This document shows, piece by piece, positions 55,097 through 64,000 of a stretch of DNA of 64,000 nucleotides (within the stretch, counting starts at the first letter, position 1; every line of letters begins with the position of its first letter). Both the position numbers and the translations under genes were made by a program. The DNA is from Escherichia phage vB_EcoM-G28. Location: the sequence record NC_054916.1. One strand, written 5' to 3'. The notes under the pieces were generated by a model that saw only the letters and a program-made list of their open reading frames with translations, was not told where the DNA came from and searched no databases.

Positions 55097-58000
55097 ATGG
55101 CCGAGATTAAAAGAAAGTTCAGAGCAGAAGATGGTCTGGACGCAGGTGGCGATAAAATAATCAACGTAGCTTTAGCTGATCGTGCCGTAGGAACTGACGG
55201 TGTTAACGTTGATTACCTAATTCAAGAAAACACAGTTCAACAATACGATCCAACTCGTGGATATTTAAAAGATTTTGTAATCATTTATGATAACCGCTTT
55301 TGGGCTGCTATAAATGATATTCCAAAACCAGCAGGAGCTTTTAATAGTGTACGCTGGAGAGCATTACGTACTGATGCTAATTGGACAACTGTTTCATCAG
55401 GACCTTATCAATTAAAGTCAGGCGAATCAATTTCAGTTGATACTGCAGCTGGTAATGACATTACATTTACTTTACCATCTTCTCCAATTGATGGAGATAC
55501 TATCGTTCTTCAAGATATTGGTGGAAAACCTGGTGTTAACCAAGTTTTAATTACAGCTCCGGTGCAAAGCATTGTAAATTTTAGAGGTCAGCAAGTACGA
55601 TCAGTACTAATGACTCATCCAAAATCACAGATAGTTTTAATTTTTAGTAATCGTCTGTGGCAAATGTATGTTGCTGATTATAGTAGAGAAGCTGTAGTCG
55701 TAACACCGGCAAGTCTTTATCAGGCGCAATCTAACGATTTTATCGTGCGCAGATTTACTTCTGCTTCAGCAATTAATATTAAACTTCCAAGATTTGCTAA
55801 TCATGGCGATATTATTAATTTCGTTGATTTAGATAAACTGAATCCACTTTATCATACAATTGTTACTACATACGATGAAACTACTTCAATACAAGAAGAT
55901 GGAACTCATTCTATTGAAGGTCGTACATCGATTGATGGTTTCTTAATGTATGATGATAATGAAAAATTGTGGAGATTGTTTGACGGGGATAGTAAAGCAC
56001 GTTTACGTATTATAACAACTAATTCTAGTATTCGTCCAAATGAAGAAGTTATGGTATTTGGAGCAAATAACGGAACAACCCAAACAATTGAACTTCAGCT
56101 TCCAACCGATATTTCCATTGGTGATACTGTTAAAATTTCCATGAATTATATGAGAAAAGGACAAACAGTTAAAATCAAAGCTGCCGGTGAAGATAAAATT
56201 GCTTCTTCAGTTCAATTGCTGCAATTCCCAAAACGTTCAGAGTATCCGCCTGAAACTAAATGGGTGACTGTTCAAGAATTAGTTTTTAACGGCGAAACTA
56301 ATTATGTTCCAGTTTTACAGCTTGCTTACATAGAAGATTCTGATGGAAAATACTGGGTTGTGCAACAAAACGTTCCAACAGTTGAAAGAGTTGATTCTTT
56401 AAATGATTCTACTAGAGCAAGATTAGGCGTAATAGCTTTAGCTACACAAGCTCAAGCAAATGCTGATTTAGAAAATTCTCCGCAAAAAGAATTAGCAATT
56501 ACACCAGAAACATTAGCTAACCGTACTGCTACAGAAACTCGTAGAGGTATCGCAAGAATAGCAACTACTGCCCAAGTGAACCAGGATACTACATTCTCTT
56601 TTGCTGATGATATTATCATCACTCCTAAAAAGCTGAATGAAAGAACTGCTACAGAAACTCGTAGAGGTGTTGCTGAAATTGCGACGCAGCAAGAAACTAA
56701 CGCAGGTACTGATGATACTACAATCATCACTCCTAAAAAGCTTCAAGCTCGACAAGGTTCTGAATCATTATCTGGTATTGTAACCTTTGTATCTACTGCA
56801 GGAGCTACTCCAGCTTCTAGCCGTGAATTAAATGGTACAAACGTTTATAATAAAAACACTAATAATTTAGTTGTTTCGCCTAAAGCTTTGGATCAGTATA
56901 AAGCTACTCCAACCCAACAAGGTGCAGTAATTTTAGCAGTTGAAAGTGAAGTAATTGCTGGACAGAGTCAAGAAGGATGGGCAAATGCGGTTGTAACGCC
57001 AGAAACGTTACATAAAAAGACATCAACTGATGCAAGAATTGGTTTAATTGAAATTGCTACGCAAAGTGAAGTTAATACAGGAACTGATTATACTCGCGCA
57101 GTCACTCCTAAAACTTTAAATGACCGTAAAGCAACTGAAAGTTTAAGTGGTATAGCTGAAATTGCTACGCAAGTTGAATTCGACGCAGGCGTCGACGATA
57201 CTCGTATCTCTACACCATTAAAAATTAAAACCAGATTTAATAGTACTGATCGTACTTCTGTTGTTGCTCTATCTGGATTAGTTGAATCAGGAACTCTCTG
57301 GGACCATTATACCCTTAATATTCTTGAAGCAAATGAGACACAACGTGGTACACTTCGTGTAGCTACACAAGTTGAAGCTGCTGCAGGAACATTAGATAAT
57401 GTTTTAATAACTCCTAAAAAGCTTTTAGGTACTAAATCTACTGAAGCACAGGAAGGCGTTATTAAAGTTGCAACTCAGTCTGAAACTGTAGCTGGAACGT
57501 CAGCAAATACTGCTGTATCTCCAAAAAATTTAAAATGGATTGTGCAGAGTGAACCTACTTGGGCAGCTACTACCCTGGTAAGAGGTTTTGTTAAAACTTC
57601 ATCTGGTTCAATTACATTCGTTGGTAATGATACAGTTGGTTCAACACAGTCATTAGAATTATACGAGAAAAATAGCTATGCAGTATCACCATATGAATTA
57701 AACCGTGTATTAGCAAATTATTTGCCGTTAAAAGCAAAAGCCGTAGATAGTAATTTACTGGATGGTCTAGATTCATCTCAGTTCATTCGTAGGGATATTG
57801 CACAAACGGTTAATGGTTCACTAACCTTAACACAACAAACGAATCTGAGTGCCCCTCTTGTATCATCTAGTACTGCTACGTTTGGTGGATCAGTTTCAGC
57901 AAATAGTACACTAACCATTTCTAATACTGATGGAATAGCAACTCGTCTGATTTTTGAGAAAGGACCTCAAACTGGAACGAACCCGGCTCAAACGATGACA

Positions 58001-58969
58001 GTCAGCGTGTGGGGGAATCAATTTAGTGGGGAATCAAACACAACACGTTCTACCGTATTTGAAGTTAGTGATGAAACATCTTATCACTTTTATTCTCAAC
58101 GCGATAAAGATGGTAATATAGCATTTAGCATTAATGGTACTGTAATGCCAATAAATGTGAATGCTTTAGGTTCTTTGAACGCGAACGGCGTTGCAACATT
58201 TGGTAGTTCAGTTACTGCTAATGGCGAATTTATCAGTAAATCGTCGAATGCTTTTAGAGCAATAAACGGTGATTATGGATTCTTTATTCGTAATGATGCT
58301 GCTAACACCTATTTTATGCTTACTGCATCTGGTGATCAGACTGGTGGATTTAATGGATTACGTCCATTATCAATTAATAATCAATCTGGTCAGGTTACAA
58401 TTGGTGAAAGCTTAATCATTGCCAAAGGTGCTACTATAACTTCAGGTGGTTTAACTGTCAACTCGAGAATTCGTTCTCAAGGTACTAAAACTGCTGACCT
58501 ATACACCCGTGCACCAACATCTGATACTGTAGGATTCTGGTCAATTGACATTAATGATTCAGCTACTTATAACCAGTTCCCGGGTTATTTTAAAATGGTT
58601 GAAAAAACTAATGAAGTGACTGGACTTCCATACTTAGAACGTGGCGAAGAAGTTAAATCTCCTGGTACGCTGACTCAGTTTGGTAACACACTCGATTCGC
58701 TTTACCAAGATTGGATTACTTATCCAACGACCCCAGAAGCGCGCACCACTCGCTGGACGCGTACATGGCAGAAAACCAAAAACTCTTGGTCAAGTTTTGT
58801 TCAGGTATTTGATGGGGGTAACCCTCCTCAGCCATCTGATATCGGTGCTTTACCATCTGATAATGCTATAATGGGGAATCTTACTATTCGTGATTTCTTA
58901 CGAATTGGTAATGTTCGCATTATTCCTGACCCAGTGAATAAAACGGTTAAATTTGAATGGGTTGAATAA
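55097..58969 (+). CDS. 34: Long tail fibre proximal subunit gp34
   Basis: 1290 aa; internal ~40-aa repeats (TPKKL...TATETRRG...IAT); size as T4 gp34. Confidence 0.9.
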   Translation: MAEIKRKFRAEDGLDAGGDKIINVALADRAVGTDGVNVDYLIQENTVQQYDPTRGYLKDFVIIYDNRFWAAINDIPKPAGAFNSVRWRALRTDANWTTVSSGPYQLKSGESISVDTAAGNDITFTLPSSPIDGDTIVLQDIGGKPGVNQVLITAPVQSIVNFRGQQVRSVLMTHPKSQIVLIFSNRLWQMYVADYSREAVVVTPASLYQAQSNDFIVRRFTSASAINIKLPRFANHGDIINFVDLDKLNPLYHTIVTTYDETTSIQEDGTHSIEGRTSIDGFLMYDDNEKLWRLFDGDSKARLRIITTNSSIRPNEEVMVFGANNGTTQTIELQLPTDISIGDTVKISMNYMRKGQTVKIKAAGEDKIASSVQLLQFPKRSEYPPETKWVTVQELVFNGETNYVPVLQLAYIEDSDGKYWVVQQNVPTVERVDSLNDSTRARLGVIALATQAQANADLENSPQKELAITPETLANRTATETRRGIARIATTAQVNQDTTFSFADDIIITPKKLNERTATETRRGVAEIATQQETNAGTDDTTIITPKKLQARQGSESLSGIVTFVSTAGATPASSRELNGTNVYNKNTNNLVVSPKALDQYKATPTQQGAVILAVESEVIAGQSQEGWANAVVTPETLHKKTSTDARIGLIEIATQSEVNTGTDYTRAVTPKTLNDRKATESLSGIAEIATQVEFDAGVDDTRISTPLKIKTRFNSTDRTSVVALSGLVESGTLWDHYTLNILEANETQRGTLRVATQVEAAAGTLDNVLITPKKLLGTKSTEAQEGVIKVATQSETVAGTSANTAVSPKNLKWIVQSEPTWAATTLVRGFVKTSSGSITFVGNDTVGSTQSLELYEKNSYAVSPYELNRVLANYLPLKAKAVDSNLLDGLDSSQFIRRDIAQTVNGSLTLTQQTNLSAPLVSSSTATFGGSVSANSTLTISNTDGIATRLIFEKGPQTGTNPAQTMTVSVWGNQFSGESNTTRSTVFEVSDETSYHFYSQRDKDGNIAFSINGTVMPINVNALGSLNANGVATFGSSVTANGEFISKSSNAFRAINGDYGFFIRNDAANTYFMLTASGDQTGGFNGLRPLSINNQSGQVTIGESLIIAKGATITSGGLTVNSRIRSQGTKTADLYTRAPTSDTVGFWSIDINDSATYNQFPGYFKMVEKTNEVTGLPYLERGEEVKSPGTLTQFGNTLDSLYQDWITYPTTPEARTTRWTRTWQKTKNSWSSFVQVFDGGNPPQPSDIGALPSDNAIMGNLTIRDFLRIGNVRIIPDPVNKTVKFEWVE

Positions 58970-58977
58970 GAGGTATT

Positions 58978-60093
58978 ATGGAAAAATTTATGGCAGAGTT
59001 TGGACAAGGATATGTCCAAACGCCATTTTTATCGGAAAGTAATTCAGTAAGATATAAAATAAGTATAGCGGGTTCTTGCCCTCTTTCTGCAGCAGGACCA
59101 TATGTTAAATTTCAGGATAATCCTATCGGAAGCCAAACATTTAACGCAGGTCTTCATTTAAGAGTTTTTGACCCTTCTACAGGAGCATTAGTTGATAGTA
59201 AGTCATATGCTTTTTCGACTTCAAACGATACTACATCAGCTGCTTTTGTCAGTTTCATGAATTCTTTTTCAAACAACAGACTTGTTGCTATATTAACCAG
59301 TGGAAAGGTTAATTTTCCTCCTGAAGTAGTATCTTGGCTAAGAACCGCAGGAACGTCTGCTTTTCCATCTGATTCTATATTGTCAAGATTTGACGTATCA
59401 TATGCCGCTTTTTACACTTCTTCTAAAAGAGCTATTGCATTAGAACATGTTAAACTAAGTAATAGAAAAAGTACAGACGATTATCAAACTATTTTAGATG
59501 TTGTATTTGACAGTTTAGAAGACGTTGGAGCTACAGGATTTCCTAAAAGAACATATGAAAGTGTTGAGCAATTTATGTCAGCGGTTGGTGGAACTAATAA
59601 CGAAATTGCACGTTTACCAACTTCATCCGCGATAAGTAAACTCTCTGATTATAATTTAATTCCTGGCGATGTTCTTTATCTTAAAGCACAGTTATATGCT
59701 GATGCCGATTTACTTGCTCTTGGAACTACAAATATATCTATCCGTTTTTATGATGAATCGAATGGATATATTTCTTCAACACATGCTGAGTTTACTGGAC
59801 AAGCTGGGTCATGGGAATTAAAGGAAGATTATGTAGTTATTCCAGAAACCGCAGCGGGATTTACAATATATGCACAAAGAACTGCTCAAGCTGGTCAAGG
59901 TGGCATGAGAAATTTAAGCTTTTCTGAAGTATCAAGAAATGGCGGAATTTCAAAACCTGCTGAATTTGGCGTCAATGGCATTCGAGTTAATTATGTCTGT
60001 GAATCTGCTTCACCTCCAGATATAATGGTACTTCCTACGCAAGCATCGTCTAAAACTGGTAAAGTGTTTGGACAAGAATTTAGAGAAGTTTAA
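58978..60093 (+). CDS. 35: Long tail fibre hinge connector gp35
   Basis: 371 aa; synteny. Confidence 0.85.
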   Translation: MEKFMAEFGQGYVQTPFLSESNSVRYKISIAGSCPLSAAGPYVKFQDNPIGSQTFNAGLHLRVFDPSTGALVDSKSYAFSTSNDTTSAAFVSFMNSFSNNRLVAILTSGKVNFPPEVVSWLRTAGTSAFPSDSILSRFDVSYAAFYTSSKRAIALEHVKLSNRKSTDDYQTILDVVFDSLEDVGATGFPKRTYESVEQFMSAVGGTNNEIARLPTSSAISKLSDYNLIPGDVLYLKAQLYADADLLALGTTNISIRFYDESNGYISSTHAEFTGQAGSWELKEDYVVIPETAAGFTIYAQRTAQAGQGGMRNLSFSEVSRNGGISKPAEFGVNGIRVNYVCESASPPDIMVLPTQASSKTGKVFGQEFREV

Positions 60094-60098
60094 ATTGA

Positions 60099-60116
60099 GG
60101 GAGCCTTCGGGTTCCC
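60099..60116 (+). terminator. Stem-loop (UUCG loop) after gene 35
   Basis: gggagcc-ttcg-ggttccc followed by a T run. Confidence 0.55.
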
Positions 60117-60124
60117 TTTTTCTT

Positions 60125-60132
60125 TATAAATA
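60125..60132 (+). promoter_or_regulatory. T4-type late promoter for genes 36-37
   Basis: Exact TATAAATA about 25 nt upstream of the gene 36 ATG. Confidence 0.6.
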
Positions 60133-60155
60133 CTATTAAAATAAAGGGGCATACA

Positions 60156-60812
60156 ATGGCTGATTTAAAAGTAGGTTCAACAACTGGAGGCTCTGTCATT
60201 TGGCATCAAGGAAATTTTCCATTGAATCCAGCCGGTGACGATGTACTCTATAAATCATTTAAAATATATTCAGAATACAATAAACCACAAGCTGCTGATA
60301 ACGATTTCGTTTCTAAAGCTAATGGTGGTACTTATTTAAATAGAGTAATTTTTAATAATGGAATAACGATTCCATTAGCAAGTAATTCTGGAAATGGTAT
60401 ATATCCTGGTAATGATGATGGAGCAACATTTGATACTACAAATATGGATATTGTTTCGTGGTATGGTATTGGTTTTAAATCATCACAAGGAACAGCAGGT
60501 AGAACTGTAGTAATTAACACGCGAAATGGAGATATTAGCTCAAAGGGTGTAATTGAAGCATCACAAATACGCGCAACTTCATTATCTCCAGTAAATAATT
60601 ATGACCTTACAAGGAAAGATTATGTTGATGGAGCAATAAATATTGTTACAGCAAACGCAAACTCTAGAGTATTACGCTCTGGAGATACTATGACAGGAAA
60701 TTTAACTGCGCCAAACCTTTTTTCACAGAATCCTGCATCTCAACCTTCGCATGTTCCACGATTTGATCAAATTGTTATTAAGGATTCTGTTCAAGATTTC
60801 GGCTATTATTAA
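60156..60812 (+). CDS. 36: Long tail fibre distal connector gp36
   Basis: 218 aa; synteny. Confidence 0.85.
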   Translation: MADLKVGSTTGGSVIWHQGNFPLNPAGDDVLYKSFKIYSEYNKPQAADNDFVSKANGGTYLNRVIFNNGITIPLASNSGNGIYPGNDDGATFDTTNMDIVSWYGIGFKSSQGTAGRTVVINTRNGDISSKGVIEASQIRATSLSPVNNYDLTRKDYVDGAINIVTANANSRVLRSGDTMTGNLTAPNLFSQNPASQPSHVPRFDQIVIKDSVQDFGYY

Positions 60813-60820
60813 GAGGACTT

Positions 60821-63800
60821 ATGGCTACTTTAAAACAAATACAATTTAAAAGAAGCAAAACTGCAGGAGCACGTCCTGCCGCTTCAGTATTAGCCGAAGG
60901 TGAATTGGCTATAAACTTAAAAGACCGCGTACTTTTTACTAAAGACGACCAAGGAAATATTATTGATCTGGGTTTTGCTAAAGGCGGTAGCATTGACGGG
61001 AATGTTATTCATACAGGAAACTATAATCAAACTGGTGATTATACTTTAAATGGCACTTTCACTCAGACAGGTAATTTTAATTTAACTGGTATTGCTCGAG
61101 TAACTCGCGATATTATTGCCGCCGGGCAGATTATGACCGAAGGCGGAGAACTTATTACAAAAAGTTCAGGTACAGCACATGTTCGTTTTCATGATTCAGC
61201 TGATCGTGAACGTGGAATCATTTATGCCCCGGCTAATGATGGATTAACTACGCAAGTAGTTAATATCCGCGTTCAAGACTACGCCGCTGGTGATGAAAGC
61301 ACCTATGCATTTTCAGGCAGTGGCCTATTTACTTCACCTGAAGTATCAGCATGGAAATCTATGTCAACTCCTCAGATTTTGACAAATAGAGTTATTACTA
61401 ATAATAAATCTACGAGCGATTATGACATTTATTCTATGGCAGACAACGTTCCATTGTCTGAAAGCACTACTGCTATTAATCATCTCCGTGTTATGCGCAA
61501 TGCTGTAGGCGCTGGTGTATTCCATGAAGTTAAAGATAATGATGGAATAACTTGGTATACTGGAGATGGCTTAGACACTTATCTTTGGTCGTTTACCTGG
61601 TCCGGTGGATTGAAAGCAGGCCATTCTATTTCTGTTGGTACTCCTGGTGGCAATAAAGGATACTCTGAATTAGGGACTGCTTCAATTTCTCTTGGCGATA
61701 ATGATACCGGGCTAAAATGGCATCAGGATGGATATTATTTCAGCGTCAATAATGGAACGAAAACATTTTTATTTAGCCCTAGCGAAACAACTAGCCTAAG
61801 AAAATTTGTAGCTGGATATTCTACTAATGGAACAGATTTAACTACTCCTCCGACTGAAAACTATGCATTAGCCACTGTTGTTACTTACCATGATAATAAC
61901 GCGTATGGTGACGGTCAAACTCTTTTAGGTTATTATCAGGGCGGTAATTATCACCACTATTTCCGCGGTAAGGGTACTACAAACATTAATACTCATGGCG
62001 GTTTGTTAGTTACTCCAGGCAATATTGACGTTATTGGTGGTTCGGTTAATATTGATGGTCGTAATAATGCTTCTACGCTGTTGTTTAGAGGTAACACAAC
62101 TGGTGCTAGTTCAGTTGATAATATGACAATTTCTGTATGGGGTAATACCTTTACTAATCCTAGTGTAGGTAATCGTAAAAACGTTATGGAAATTTCTGAC
62201 GCAACTAGTTGGATGAGCTATATTCAAAGACTTACTACCGGTGAAGTAGAAATGAACGTCAATGGTTCATTTGAATCATCTGGTGTTACTGCTGGAAATA
62301 GAGGAGTTCACACAACAGGCGAAATTTCATCTGGAGCAGTGAATGCGCTTCGCATTTGGAACGCAGATTATGGAGCCATTTTTAGACGTTCAGAAGGCAG
62401 TCTTCATATTATTCCAACTGCTTACGGTGAAGGTAAACATGGTGATATCGGTCCACTTCGCCCGTTTAGTATGGCTTTAGATACCGGTAAAGTTACTATT
62501 CCAGATTTACAATCAAGTTACAATACGTTTGCTGCTAACGGTTATATTAAATTTGTTGGTCATGGAGCGGGTGCCGGCGGTTATGACATTCAATATGCTC
62601 AAGCGGCTCCTATTTTCCAGGAAATTGATGATGATGCTATAAGCAAATATTATCCTATTGTTAAACAGAAGTTTTTAAACGGTAAATGCGTTTGGTCTTT
62701 AGGTACTGAAATTAATTCGGGTACATTTGTTTTACACCATATCAAAGAAGATGGATCACAAGGCCATACATCTCGTTTTAATCAAGACGGCACAGTTAAT
62801 TTCCCTGATAATGTTCAGGTTGGTGGTGGTGAAGCTACTATTGCTCGCAATGGTAACATCTGGTCTGATATCTGGAAAACGTTTACTTCTGCCGGTGATA
62901 CTACAAATATTCGCGATGCTATTGCGACTCGTGTTTCGAAAGAAGGCGACACGATGACTGGCAAATTAATCGTTAAAAGAGACTCCGACGCTATTAACTT
63001 AGCTGCGCCTTCAGCGACTGATGCAAGTTACCTTCTTTCTACTGGCGGTGGAGAAAATCAATGGTATATTGGTAAAGGCGGCGCTGATAATACCGTATCA
63101 TTTTACAACTATAAAACCAATGGGGCTGTGCAAATTAACTCTATTGGTGAAATCGCGCTGATTCCACAAGGTGCTGCAACATTTAACTTTAACCGCGATC
63201 GTCTCCATATAAATGGGACTCAATGGACTGCACATCAAGCTGGTGACTGGGTTAACCAATGGCATCAAGAAGCTCCTATATTTGTGGATTTTGGTAGTGT
63301 CGGCAATGACTGCTATTATCCTATTATTAAAGGAAAATCTGTTATTACGAATGAAGGATACGTATCTGGTGTTGATTTCGGTATGCGCCGTATCACTAAC
63401 CAATGGGCTCAGGCTATTATCCGTGTTGGTAACCAGGAAAATGCTAGCGATCCGCAAGCTATCTTCGAATTCCACCATAATGGAAACATGTACGTTCCTG
63501 ACATGGTTAAAGCTGGAGTAAGATTATCAGCTGGTGGAGGTGACCCTGCATGGACAGGCGCATGTGTTGTTATTGGTGATAATGACACTGGGTTAGTTCA
63601 TGGCGGTGATGGACGAATTAACATGGTTGCAAATGGAGTGCATATTGCTTCATGGTCGTCCGCTTACCATCTCCATGAAGGTCTTTGGGATACTACTGGT
63701 GCTTTGTGGACTGAACACGGAAGAGCTATTATTTCTTTTGGTCATTTAATCCAACAAAGCGATGCCTATTCCACATTTGTCCGCGATGTTTATGTCCGTT

Positions 63801-64000
63801 CTGATATTCGTGTTAAAAAAGACCTTGTTAAATTTGAAAATGCTTCTGAGAAGCTTTCTAAAATTAACGGTTACACTTATATGCAGAAGCGAGGCCTAGA
63901 TGAAGAAGGCAATCAGAAATGGGAACCTAACGCCGGTTTGATAGCTCAAGAAGTTCAAGCTATTTTGCCTGAATTAGTTGAAGGTGACCCTGATGGCGAA
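60821..64000 (+). CDS. 37: Long tail fibre distal subunit gp37 (3' end beyond the window)
   Basis: ATG at 60821 after GAGGA; frame open for 1060 codons to the window end; N-terminus MATLKQIQFKRSK as in T4 gp37; absent from the ORF track because no stop lies in the window. Confidence 0.9.
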   Translation, partial: MATLKQIQFKRSKTAGARPAASVLAEGELAINLKDRVLFTKDDQGNIIDLGFAKGGSIDGNVIHTGNYNQTGDYTLNGTFTQTGNFNLTGIARVTRDIIAAGQIMTEGGELITKSSGTAHVRFHDSADRERGIIYAPANDGLTTQVVNIRVQDYAAGDESTYAFSGSGLFTSPEVSAWKSMSTPQILTNRVITNNKSTSDYDIYSMADNVPLSESTTAINHLRVMRNAVGAGVFHEVKDNDGITWYTGDGLDTYLWSFTWSGGLKAGHSISVGTPGGNKGYSELGTASISLGDNDTGLKWHQDGYYFSVNNGTKTFLFSPSETTSLRKFVAGYSTNGTDLTTPPTENYALATVVTYHDNNAYGDGQTLLGYYQGGNYHHYFRGKGTTNINTHGGLLVTPGNIDVIGGSVNIDGRNNASTLLFRGNTTGASSVDNMTISVWGNTFTNPSVGNRKNVMEISDATSWMSYIQRLTTGEVEMNVNGSFESSGVTAGNRGVHTTGEISSGAVNALRIWNADYGAIFRRSEGSLHIIPTAYGEGKHGDIGPLRPFSMALDTGKVTIPDLQSSYNTFAANGYIKFVGHGAGAGGYDIQYAQAAPIFQEIDDDAISKYYPIVKQKFLNGKCVWSLGTEINSGTFVLHHIKEDGSQGHTSRFNQDGTVNFPDNVQVGGGEATIARNGNIWSDIWKTFTSAGDTTNIRDAIATRVSKEGDTMTGKLIVKRDSDAINLAAPSATDASYLLSTGGGENQWYIGKGGADNTVSFYNYKTNGAVQINSIGEIALIPQGAATFNFNRDRLHINGTQWTAHQAGDWVNQWHQEAPIFVDFGSVGNDCYYPIIKGKSVITNEGYVSGVDFGMRRITNQWAQAIIRVGNQENASDPQAIFEFHHNGNMYVPDMVKAGVRLSAGGGDPAWTGACVVIGDNDTGLVHGGDGRINMVANGVHIASWSSAYHLHEGLWDTTGALWTEHGRAIISFGHLIQQSDAYSTFVRDVYVRSDIRVKKDLVKFENASEKLSKINGYTYMQKRGLDEEGNQKWEPNAGLIAQEVQAILPELVEGDPDGE

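Noticed and set aside
56452-56755. Two overlapping minus-strand ORFs inside gene 34
   Set aside because: Antisense artefacts produced by the internal peptide repeats of gp34
62727-63521. Plus and minus ORFs (62727..62957, 63098..63478, 63213..63521) inside gene 37
   Set aside because: Out of frame or antisense to the continuous gp37 reading frame

Overview
This 64-kb window is a segment of a T4-like (T-even, Tevenvirinae) myovirus genome, colinear with the T4 map. It runs from the 3' part of the large terminase gene (17) through tail sheath/tube (18, 19), portal and head genes (20, 67, 68, 21, 22, 23, 24), rnlB, hoc, inh, segE, uvsW, uvsY, the baseplate genes (25, 26, 51, 27, 28, 29, 48, 54), a minus-strand early block (alt paralogs, 30, the 30.x ORFs, rIII, 31, cd, pseT, spanins, alc, rnlA, denA, nrdB, mobE, nrdA, td with a group I intron, frd, 32, 59, 33, dsbA, rnh) to the long-tail-fiber genes 34-37; gene 37 runs off the window end. 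There are no rRNA or tRNA genes, no CRISPR array and no integrase. Gene identities rest on the translated products, their lengths and their order as I remember them for T4; nothing was searched against a database. I did not find a convincing new multi-gene system. The strongest anomalies are: a perfect 351-bp tandem duplication at the rnlA/alc junction; a td intron whose I-TevI ORF is reduced to a 55-aa remnant; an extra HNH endonuclease gene with a TTG start between uvsW and uvsW.1; a Hoc with an extra Ig-like domain; tandem Alt-type ADP-ribosyltransferase paralogs near a NADAR-like/HAD-like gene pair; and a gp37 whose C-terminus looks like an S74-type intramolecular chaperone domain. Starts of small ORFs and all promoter/terminator calls are by eye and approximate.
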